Shown here: positions 39,409 to 47,251 of the stretch, in pieces
Numbering within the stretch: position 1 is the first letter of the stretch
Layout: each line of letters opens with the position of its first letter
From: Candidatus Lustribacter sp.
GTDB taxonomy: Bacteria; Vulcanimicrobiota; Vulcanimicrobiia; Vulcanimicrobiales; Vulcanimicrobiaceae
Direction of reading: 5' to 3'
Length of the DNA stretch: 64,000 bases
Assembly (NCBI GenBank): GCA_965277805.1
Contig: OZ255842.1
Location: forward strand, 1,408,001 to 1,472,000
Made by a program: the position numbers and the translations under genes
Notes under the pieces: generated by a model
What the model was told of the DNA's origin: nothing
Database searches by the model: none
Seen by the model: the letters and a program-made list of their open reading frames with translations, nothing else

Positions 39409-41559
39409 ATGACGACGACGACACTCGGAGTCCTTACCGGCAACGAGCGGCGGGTCGAAGGCCGCGAGAAGGTCAGCGGCGCGGCGCAGTATGCGGCGGA
39501 TATGCGCCGGACCGGGATGCTGTGGGCCGCGTTCGTGATCTCACCGCACCCTCACGCCCGCATCGTACGCATCGACAGCGCGGCTGCCAAAGCGCTGCCG
39601 GGCGTGCACGCGGTGCTGACCGCTGCGGACATCGGCGAAGTCCGGTTCGGATCGGTGCTTGCTGACTGGCCGGTATTGGCGTCGGAACGCGTGCGTTTGA
39701 TCGGTGACTATGTCGCCGCTGTGGCGGCGGAAACGCGCGAGCAAGCCGAGGCAGCGGCGGCGGCGGTCGACGTCGTCTATGAAGAGTTGCCGCCGATCCT
39801 CGACACCGCCGCAGCGATCCGCGACGGCGCGCCGCTGGTCCACGAGAACGACGAGCAGTATGCCTTTACCGCCGGCACGCGCGCGCCGCGGCCCTATCCG
39901 AATCTGCAAGGCCACGATCTGGTCGTGAAGGGCGACCCCGACGAAGCCTTTGCTTCCGCCGAGCACATCTTCGAGCACACGTACCGCACGCCGCGCTATC
40001 ATCCCGGTTACATCGAGCCGCGCGCGGCGATGGTGTGGATCGACGGGAGCGGCGCAGTGCACGTGGTGTGTCCGACCAAGGCGCCCTACTCGCACCGCGA
40101 CATGATCGCGCGCACGATCGGCCTGCCGAAAGACAAAGTAATCGTCGAGCCGAGCTTCATCGGGGGCGACTTTGGACCCAAAGGCACGATGGTCGACGAT
40201 CTGCCGCTCTACTATCTCGCCCGCGTCACCGGCCGCGCCGTCAAGTACGTGCGCTCGTACAATGAGGACCTGCGCTCGGGCACGGTTCGCCACGCCTCGA
40301 CCGTTCACGTGCGGCTCGGCCTCGGGGCCGGCGGAAAAATAACAGCTCTCGATCTGCGCGTGATCTACGACGGCGGCGCATACGCGGCGGTGAAGTCACT
40401 GCCGTGGCTGCTTCCCGGACGCGCACCCAAATTGCCCTACGCGATCCCCAACGCGCGCGTCGAACGCATGGCCGTCTACACGAACACGATCCCGACCGGC
40501 GCCGTGCGGGCTCCGGGCGACGTGCAGATCTTCTTTGCGCTGGAGTCGGCCATGGATGCGATCGCCGCGGAACTTCGGCTCGATCCGTTCGAGTTGCGGC
40601 TGCGCAACGCGGCGGGTCCCGGCGACACCGATCTGGAGGGCGGGCAGATCGCACGCCCGCGTCCGCGCGAAGTGCTCATGACGTTGCGCGAGGCGATCGG
40701 CTGGGACCGGCCGCCCCTTCCGGGGCGCGGCCGCGGCATCGCGCTGACCGCACGACATATCGCCGGCGGCAAATCGAGCCTGGTCGCAACCGCGCATCCC
40801 GACGGCCGCATCGAGGTCGAGACCGGCGCCGTCGAGCCGGGTACCGGCGCCTTCACCGTGATCAGCCGCATTCTCGCGAGCGAGTTGGGCATCGATCCGG
40901 CGCGCATCACCGTATCGCGCGGCGATACGAACAGCGCGCCGCACGATCCCGGCAGCGGCGGCAGCAAAGGGACCGTCATTTTGGGACATGCCGCACTCGA
41001 CGCCGCGCAGAAACTGCGCGCGGCGTTAGCGGAGCATCCCGCAGGGCCCGTGCGCGTCGCCGGGGAGACGCCGCAACTCGGCAAGCCCGGTGATCCGGCG
41101 TGGCTCAACTATTGCGGTTACGGCGTCGAGCTCTCGGTCGACGCGGAGACCGGAGCCATCCGCATCTACGATGTCGCAATGGTCGTCGACGTTGGTGCGA
41201 TCATCAACCCGATCGGGCACCGTGGACAGCTCGAAGGCGCATTCTCAATGGGGCTCGGCCACGCGCTCACGGAGGAACTCTATCTCGAGGGCGGTCGCAT
41301 CACGAACCCGACCCTCGCTGATTATAAACTACCGTGCCAGCGCGACATGCCGCCGCTGCGAATCGTGGAACTCTCGCCCGACGGCGGTCCCGGCCCCTTC
41401 GGAGCGAAGGCCGGCGGCGAATTTAACGTCGCCGGTGTCGCTCCGGCGATTGGAAACGCGATCGCCGCCGCCTGCGGCGTCCGGCTCGACGCGATGTCCT
41501 TCACGGCGGAGCGCATCTATGCGGCCTTGCACGACGGCCGCGGGGTAGCGCCTGCTTGA
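39409..41559 (+). CDS. Xanthine dehydrogenase family molybdopterin-binding (large) subunit
   Basis: RVEGREKVSGAAQYAAD, SPHPHARI, GGDFGPK, DVGAIINP...GQLEG, GPFGAKAGGE. Confidence 0.92.
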   Translation: MTTTTLGVLTGNERRVEGREKVSGAAQYAADMRRTGMLWAAFVISPHPHARIVRIDSAAAKALPGVHAVLTAADIGEVRFGSVLADWPVLASERVRLIGDYVAAVAAETREQAEAAAAAVDVVYEELPPILDTAAAIRDGAPLVHENDEQYAFTAGTRAPRPYPNLQGHDLVVKGDPDEAFASAEHIFEHTYRTPRYHPGYIEPRAAMVWIDGSGAVHVVCPTKAPYSHRDMIARTIGLPKDKVIVEPSFIGGDFGPKGTMVDDLPLYYLARVTGRAVKYVRSYNEDLRSGTVRHASTVHVRLGLGAGGKITALDLRVIYDGGAYAAVKSLPWLLPGRAPKLPYAIPNARVERMAVYTNTIPTGAVRAPGDVQIFFALESAMDAIAAELRLDPFELRLRNAAGPGDTDLEGGQIARPRPREVLMTLREAIGWDRPPLPGRGRGIALTARHIAGGKSSLVATAHPDGRIEVETGAVEPGTGAFTVISRILASELGIDPARITVSRGDTNSAPHDPGSGGSKGTVILGHAALDAAQKLRAALAEHPAGPVRVAGETPQLGKPGDPAWLNYCGYGVELSVDAETGAIRIYDVAMVVDVGAIINPIGHRGQLEGAFSMGLGHALTEELYLEGGRITNPTLADYKLPCQRDMPPLRIVELSPDGGPGPFGAKAGGEFNVAGVAPAIGNAIAAACGVRLDAMSFTAERIYAALHDGRGVAPA

Positions 41560-41590
41560 AATTCCCACAGAACGGGGATAGGGGTGCAGC

Positions 41591-42700
41591 GTGAACACAA
41601 CGACGTCATTTAGCGCGCCCGTCGGCTCCCTGACGGACGCCGAGCTCTGTACCCGTTGCGAGCTACTCCCGAAGCAAGAGTTCGGCGCGGGCCGGCTGCA
41701 TCTGGGCCTGCCGGTTGCGTTTGTCCTTCGCAAGACGCGCGCATTTCTCGACGCGTCAACGTGGTCGTGGCGCGAAGAGCCGAGGTTAATTACGATCGAC
41801 GTCCCCGCCGGCATGCTGGCGAACTATTGCCGCCGGCTGGAAAGCGAATACACGCCGGTCGAGCGCGACGAAATTCGCGCGCTGTTCGTGCCCGCAGGTC
41901 GCGAGCCCAGCTTAGCCGACTTTCTGGAAGCGGATTCTCTGCGCCGCGTCAGCGCACGCGCGAGCACCGGACTGCTCGTCGACACGCTCGGAAACCATCT
42001 CACGTGCCACTTCCAACCGATCGTCGACGCCGACTCGCTCGGCGTGTACGCGTACGAAGGACTGCTACGAACGACACCGGGGGCACCGCTGGCGTCAGTC
42101 GGCGATATCTTTGCCGTTGCCCGAGACGCCGACATGCTGCCGCACACCGATCTCGCCGCACGCAGAACCGTCATCGCACGAGCGGCCGAAACCGGGATCA
42201 CGGCTAAGCTGTTCATCAATTTCTGCCCCTCCGCGATCTACGATCCAAAATCGTGCTTGCGCTCGACGATCGAGGCGCTCGATGCGTTCGGGTTTGCGCA
42301 CGATAACGTCGTCTTCGAGGTCGTCGAGAGCGATGAAGTCGAGGATGCCGGCTACCTTTTGGACATTCTGAAAAGCTACCGGCAAGCGGGGTTCAAGGTC
42401 GCGCTCGACGATCTCGGATCGGGCTTCTCGTCGCTCAACCTGCTGCACGTCCTTCGTCCCGACTACGTCAAGCTCGACATCGCGCTCGTCCGCGACATCG
42501 ACCGCGATCCGTTCAAGGCAATGCTCGGCGGCAAAATCATCGAAGCGGCACGAGCGCTCGACATGTCGGTCGTCGCAGAAGGCATCGAAACGGCGAGCGA
42601 GCTCAAGTGGCTACGAGACAACGGTGCTAATCTTCTGCAAGGCTTCTATCTCGCTCGTCCTGCAGCCGAACCGGTGCGGACGATCACGCTTCCGGCCTGA
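41591..42700 (+). CDS. EAL-domain c-di-GMP phosphodiesterase
   Basis: FQPIV..YEGLLR, FINF, FEVVE, ALDDLGSG, VKLD, AEGIE, QGF. Confidence 0.9.
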   Translation: MNTTTSFSAPVGSLTDAELCTRCELLPKQEFGAGRLHLGLPVAFVLRKTRAFLDASTWSWREEPRLITIDVPAGMLANYCRRLESEYTPVERDEIRALFVPAGREPSLADFLEADSLRRVSARASTGLLVDTLGNHLTCHFQPIVDADSLGVYAYEGLLRTTPGAPLASVGDIFAVARDADMLPHTDLAARRTVIARAAETGITAKLFINFCPSAIYDPKSCLRSTIEALDAFGFAHDNVVFEVVESDEVEDAGYLLDILKSYRQAGFKVALDDLGSGFSSLNLLHVLRPDYVKLDIALVRDIDRDPFKAMLGGKIIEAARALDMSVVAEGIETASELKWLRDNGANLLQGFYLARPAAEPVRTITLPA

Positions 42701-42715
42701 ATTTTGCCGGCGAAA

Positions 42716-43219
42716 TTATTGCGCGGGGATGGTAAAGCGAATCGCGCGGAACGCGGAGTGGGCCCCACACGTCGCACATTGCACGATCAGTTTCGTCGGA
42801 ACGAAATCCTTATCGACCGCGAACGCCTCTGACTGTCGCTCCGATGCGCCTTGTAAGATGTGAAGGTTCGCGTGTTTGAGGGCGTTCGTTGGAATTTCGA
42901 CGGAGATGCCGTCTTTGTCGGCGAGCGTGTACGTCACGAGACTGATGAAGTCGTCGTGCGTGCCGTTGCTGAGTAGCGATTCAAAAAACATCACTTTTTG
43001 ATTTGCCGTCGGACTCGTGTCGGGAATCTCGTCTGCGTTTGCGGAGCGAAATGACGTGATCTTCACGCGCAGCATGCCGTTGAAGACCGTCGTCCCGAGG
43101 TTGGCCGTGACGGCGGAGACGCCGTTTGCGCCTCCCGGAATAGGCGTCGGTGCGGCGCTCGCTTGTGAGAACATGCTGATGAGTAGACCGAGCGCGAGCA
43201 GGTGCGTTTGGGCGTACAT
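42716..43219 (-). CDS. Hypothetical secreted protein (Ig-like/DUF4352-like), C-terminal CxxC
   Basis: GGAG RBS, signal peptide ending ASA-A, beta-rich sequence. Confidence 0.65.
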   Translation of the reverse strand: MYAQTHLLALGLLISMFSQASAAPTPIPGGANGVSAVTANLGTTVFNGMLRVKITSFRSANADEIPDTSPTANQKVMFFESLLSNGTHDDFISLVTYTLADKDGISVEIPTNALKHANLHILQGASERQSEAFAVDKDFVPTKLIVQCATCGAHSAFRAIRFTIPAQ

Positions 43220-43278
43220 GGTGCTTCTCCCAGGCGCAGATTTGTGCGCCGCGGCGATTGTAGGTAAGCGATGGGACG

Positions 43279-43310
43279 ATTTTAATATCGCGACGTGCCG
43301 CGGGCGTGCC
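43279..43310 (-). promoter_or_regulatory. Putative SARP-activated promoter A: GGCACG-N5-GGCACG-N9-TAAAAT
   Basis: Repeats at 43310-43305 and 43299-43294, -10 at 43284-43279 on the minus strand; upstream of 42716-43219. Confidence 0.75.
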
Positions 43311-43340
43311 GAACTTACGTGTCGCGAATACAAGTGATGG

Positions 43341-43553
43341 CTAGTCCGACGTATCGGCCGGCGAATCGGAGGCGCTTGCTTCTGACGAACGTAGCGCGCT
43401 GGCGATGAAATCAACGACCTCCGCCGGCGCGCTCAGGTAGCAACGGCGGCCGGTCTTGACCTCGTAAACGGAGCCGCGCCAGGAGCCTTGGCCGGCAGGG
43501 CCCGCTTCGTGCCACATCCGTACGAGAAAGACACATTCGCGACGACTCGACAT
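43341..43553 (-). CDS. Small hypothetical protein (70 aa; VFLVRMW...WRGSV...GRRCY...VVDFI)
   Basis: Compact beta-beta-beta-alpha-like pattern; divergent from the regulator; preceded by promoter B. Confidence 0.65.
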   Translation of the reverse strand: MSSRRECVFLVRMWHEAGPAGQGSWRGSVYEVKTGRRCYLSAPAEVVDFIASALRSSEASASDSPADTSD

Positions 43554-43579
43554 CACTGCACGCCGGTACTCATGACGGG

Positions 43580-43611
43580 AGCGTAACGCCGCGGCGTGCC
43601 GCACGCGTGCA
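43580..43611 (-). promoter_or_regulatory. Putative SARP-activated promoter B: TGCACG-N5-GGCACG-N9-TACGCT
   Basis: Repeats at 43611-43606 and 43600-43595, -10 at 43585-43580 on the minus strand. Confidence 0.72.
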
Positions 43612-43686
43612 CTCTTCGCGGTGAAGAGGCTCGCCGGGAGCTTGCTCGCCCGGATAGTCGTGCAGCCGAAATGAACGTTTATCGAA

Positions 43687-46600
43687 GTGAACAACGGGCG
43701 GACAGCGATCGCCACCGCGGACGGGCAACTCGATATCCGCTTATTCGGCCAAGCGAGCGTGCGCTTTAACGGTGCCCCGATCAAGTTCGCAAAGCGCGAC
43801 CGCACGATGGCGATGTTGGCTCGGATCATTTTGCAGCGCGGGTCTCCACTTTCGCGCGATGCTCTCGCCTACTCGGTCTTTCCCGACGACGAGGAAGCGA
43901 CGGCCGTAGCCGAGTTGCGGCGCTATTTATACCTCGCCGGCAAGGCGCTGCCCGAACCTTCCGGGGAACCGTGGCTCATCACCGACTCCGAGACGGTGCG
44001 ATGGAATATCGAAGCCGCCGCGACGATAGACGTGATCGCTTTCGAGGAGCTTGCACGCGATCCGAACTCCTACGAGCGCGCGTTCGACCTCTATACGGGT
44101 GACTTGCTCGAAGAGATTTATGATGACTGGATCGTTGCCGAACGCGAGCGGCTGAGAGCGCGGTATCTCACGATTCTCGACGATGCGCTCGCGCGCCATC
44201 GTTCGTCGCGTCGTTATCCAATGGCGATCGAATGCGCCAAGCGTATTCTCGCGATCGACCCGTTGCGCGAGGACACCCTGCGAGCGCTCATGAGTACACG
44301 CTATGCCGCCGGCGACACGGCCGGCGCACTCGCGGAATACGAGCGATTCGCGCGGCAGCTTCGCGACGAACTTTCGATAGGGCCGATGCCGGAAACCGTA
44401 GCGGTGCGACAAACGATCTTGCGAAACGAAGCTCTTCCGGGCGCGATCGCGGACGCTTCCGGCCGCCCCGGCGAGCGAATTCCAGCCACGCTACTGCCCT
44501 TCGCGGGCCGAACGCGCGAGATGGCTTCGCTCCATACGGCCTGGACGAGAGCTGCGCGCGGTACCGGAACATTCGTCCTGATCGAAGGCGAGGCCGGCAT
44601 CGGCAAAACACGTCTAGCCGACGAATTATCTCGCATCGTGCAGTCGGAAGGCGGCCGCGCCTTCGTCGGGACCACGGCAGCGCCGGAATCGAGCTCGTAT
44701 CAAGCGATCGTCGAGGCGCTGCGCTCGGCCATGCCGTTGCTGCTGGCGCGGCCTCCCCTTTCGGCGCGGCGCGCGACGCTCGGGCCACTGTTACCGGAAT
44801 TGCACGATTCCGCAACCCCGAACACCGTGCCGCCTGCGCAATCGGCCGAGCGCGAACTCGCGAGGTTATACGACGCGCTTGCAGATGCTCTTCGGATACT
44901 GGCCTCGCCTCGCCCGGCGCTGGTCGTCCTCGAAGACCTTCATTGGGCGGGGTCGGCGACGATCGAGGCGCTGGGCGCAATCGCAAAAGAATTGATTCGC
45001 GTTCCGATCATGATCGTCGCGACGTGCCGCGAAGAAGAAACGCCGCCGCACCACCCGCTGCGCGCGCTCGTGCGTTCTCTCGGAACGCTCGCAAACGCCA
45101 GTGAACTGCAAGTTTCGCGCTTCAGTGTTGACGAGGTCAGCGATCTCGTGGGGCGAGTCGACGGGCTTCGCGGCCTTCCGCCTGCCTTCGCCCGCGACTT
45201 GCACGCGCAGAGCGAAGGCAATGCGTTGTTTGTGAGCGAGTTCATCAGCGCTGCGCTCGAAGAGAATCACGGAACGCGCACCGACGCCTCGTCGATCGCG
45301 GGCGTCATCACCTCCCGCATCGCGCAGCTCGGCGAAGTTGCGATGACCGTAGCCGAAATTGCGTCGGTGGCGGGGGCGGGCTGCAGCATCGGTCTCGTGC
45401 GCGACGTCGCGAACCTGCCGGCGGCGGAGCTTGCGCGCGGCTTCGACGAGTTGCTCGACCGGCGCATATTGCGCGAGGCCGGCGCGCGCGCCCACTACGA
45501 CTATGTGTTCACCCATCATCTCATCGCCGAAGCGATATACGCGGGAATCGATCCGAATATGCGTGCGCGCCGACATTCGCGGATCGCCCGCAGGCTCGAA
45601 GCCGAGCAGCAGTTGAACGTTTCAACCCAGGAACGTGAGATCGCGCGGCATCACGAGCGCGCCGGCGAATCTGACGCAGCCGCTCACTGGTACGTCAAGG
45701 CGGCTGCTGCGGCGGCGCAAATGCACGCCTACGGTGATGCCGCCGATTTAGCGACCCTGGCGCTGCGTTTGTCGCCAAGGCCGGATGTCGAACGCTCGGC
45801 TCTTGATATTCGGGAACGGGCTTTCGGCCAACGGGGGGAACGCACGCTACAACGCGCGGATATCGATGCTTTAGAGCGGCTCGCCGGGACCGGCGCGCGC
45901 GAGCGGTTTGACGTGCTGATGCGCCGCGTGCTGCTAGCACGAACGCTCGGAGAATCGGACGAGGAAGGCCGCTTAATCGCCGAAATGCGTTCCGAGACAG
46001 GCATGGATGATGGAGCCCAAGCGCTGGCTCTGATCCAAGCCGCCACGCATTTGGGCTTGCGAAGCCGCCCGGCTGATGCTCTGGGTCCCGCTCGCGAAGC
46101 TCTCGCCATTTACGAGCGCATCGGGGACGTGCGCGGACAGCTCGAGTGTCTCTATGTGCTCGTCGACCAAACGGCCAATTTCGGCGATCTTTCCGGCTCG
46201 CGCGCATACTTGATGCAGATGCACAATCGAGCCGGGAACGTAGCAGATAAACTCGTGGAGGCGCGCGCGACGGCAGTGGCTGCACAAGCCGCCCTCTTGA
46301 GCGCCGACTATCGGGCGAGTTACGACCTATCCGTGCAAGCGCTGGCGCTTCAAATCGAGACGAACGATCGCGACGGTGAAGCCCAGTCGCGCGGACGCTG
46401 CGCCGTCTCCGCGGCGTGGCTGGGCGATTTTGCAATCGCGCTTCGCGAATTCGAACGAGCAATAGAAACCTACGCGTCGATCGGCAACAAGCGTGGCCTG
46501 GCGTTGACGTACACCAACCGAACGCTTTTGCTTATGCGGCTCGGCCTCTTCGAGGAGGCGATGCTCTCGATCCAGCAATCGAATGAACTTTTTATTGTCG

Positions 46601-47172
46601 CGCACGAGGAGCGCACCGTCGTCGCCAACCATGTCAACGCGAGCTTCGTCAAACTGCAGCTGGGTGATCCCGTAGCTGCTAAGACGCTAGCCAACGCCGC
46701 TCTCGACAGCGCGCGGGCCATCGCTTTTCCCATCTTCGAGGCGGCCGCGCTCGCAAATCTTGGCAACGCCGAGCGCGCCCTGGGGCAGTTCGATACGGCG
46801 ATCGCGCACATGGAAGCCGGCATTGCGCTGCGCCGTCCCTTACAAGAAGCCCGCGATTTTGTCGACGATCTCGCGGATCTGGCACTGGCCTACGCCGGTG
46901 CCGGGCGCAGCGCGGATGCGCTCGCAATCGCAGATGAACTGTGCGCAATCGACGGCGGCTCGTTTCAGAGTGCTCTCTGGCCTCACTATCCGCGTTGGGC
47001 CGTGGCTCAAAGCTACGCCGCCGCCGGCGAGTTAGATCGGGCCCGGGAGTCCGCGGCCCGCGCGCACGCGGACTTGTATCGATTTGCCGACCGCATCGAC
47101 GACGAGCGCGCACGCGCCGCGTTCTTGGCAGTTCCGATCAACGTTACGATTGCAACCGCAACGTTATTGTAA
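43687..47172 (+). CDS. SARP-family regulator: winged HTH + BTAD + P-loop ATPase + TPR repeats (AfsR-like architecture)
   Basis: IRLFG...LSRDALA...IDVIAFE...LYTGDLLE...DPLRE (wHTH/BTAD); Walker A GEAGIGKT; Walker B VVLEDLHWA; FTHHLI; helical repeats (ALANLGNAERALGQFDTAIAHMEAGIAL). Confidence 0.9.
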   Translation: MNNGRTAIATADGQLDIRLFGQASVRFNGAPIKFAKRDRTMAMLARIILQRGSPLSRDALAYSVFPDDEEATAVAELRRYLYLAGKALPEPSGEPWLITDSETVRWNIEAAATIDVIAFEELARDPNSYERAFDLYTGDLLEEIYDDWIVAERERLRARYLTILDDALARHRSSRRYPMAIECAKRILAIDPLREDTLRALMSTRYAAGDTAGALAEYERFARQLRDELSIGPMPETVAVRQTILRNEALPGAIADASGRPGERIPATLLPFAGRTREMASLHTAWTRAARGTGTFVLIEGEAGIGKTRLADELSRIVQSEGGRAFVGTTAAPESSSYQAIVEALRSAMPLLLARPPLSARRATLGPLLPELHDSATPNTVPPAQSAERELARLYDALADALRILASPRPALVVLEDLHWAGSATIEALGAIAKELIRVPIMIVATCREEETPPHHPLRALVRSLGTLANASELQVSRFSVDEVSDLVGRVDGLRGLPPAFARDLHAQSEGNALFVSEFISAALEENHGTRTDASSIAGVITSRIAQLGEVAMTVAEIASVAGAGCSIGLVRDVANLPAAELARGFDELLDRRILREAGARAHYDYVFTHHLIAEAIYAGIDPNMRARRHSRIARRLEAEQQLNVSTQEREIARHHERAGESDAAAHWYVKAAAAAAQMHAYGDAADLATLALRLSPRPDVERSALDIRERAFGQRGERTLQRADIDALERLAGTGARERFDVLMRRVLLARTLGESDEEGRLIAEMRSETGMDDGAQALALIQAATHLGLRSRPADALGPAREALAIYERIGDVRGQLECLYVLVDQTANFGDLSGSRAYLMQMHNRAGNVADKLVEARATAVAAQAALLSADYRASYDLSVQALALQIETNDRDGEAQSRGRCAVSAAWLGDFAIALREFERAIETYASIGNKRGLALTYTNRTLLLMRLGLFEEAMLSIQQSNELFIVAHEERTVVANHVNASFVKLQLGDPVAAKTLANAALDSARAIAFPIFEAAALANLGNAERALGQFDTAIAHMEAGIALRRPLQEARDFVDDLADLALAYAGAGRSADALAIADELCAIDGGSFQSALWPHYPRWAVAQSYAAAGELDRARESAARAHADLYRFADRIDDERARAAFLAVPINVTIATATLL

Positions 47173-47212
47173 AACAGCCGAACCTACGCTTGCTTGGCAA
47201 CCACCCTCCGTC

Positions 47213-47244
47213 GGCACGCCTGCGGCACGCGCGACGAGTACGCT
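47213..47244 (+). promoter_or_regulatory. Putative SARP-activated promoter C: GGCACG-N5-GGCACG-N9-TACGCT
   Basis: Repeats at 47213-47218 and 47224-47229, -10 at 47239-47244, ATG at 47252. Confidence 0.75.
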
Positions 47245-47251
47245 CAGATCC

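Noticed and set aside
39409-41559. Aerobic CO dehydrogenase CoxL
   Set aside because: Lacks the AYxCSFR (form I) or AYRGAGR (form II) motif and has no coxM/coxS neighbours.
43687-47172. Avs-type antiphage STAND defence protein
   Set aside because: The N-terminus is a DNA-binding wHTH-BTAD rather than a nuclease, TIR or SIR2 effector, and matching promoter repeats point to a transcriptional activator.
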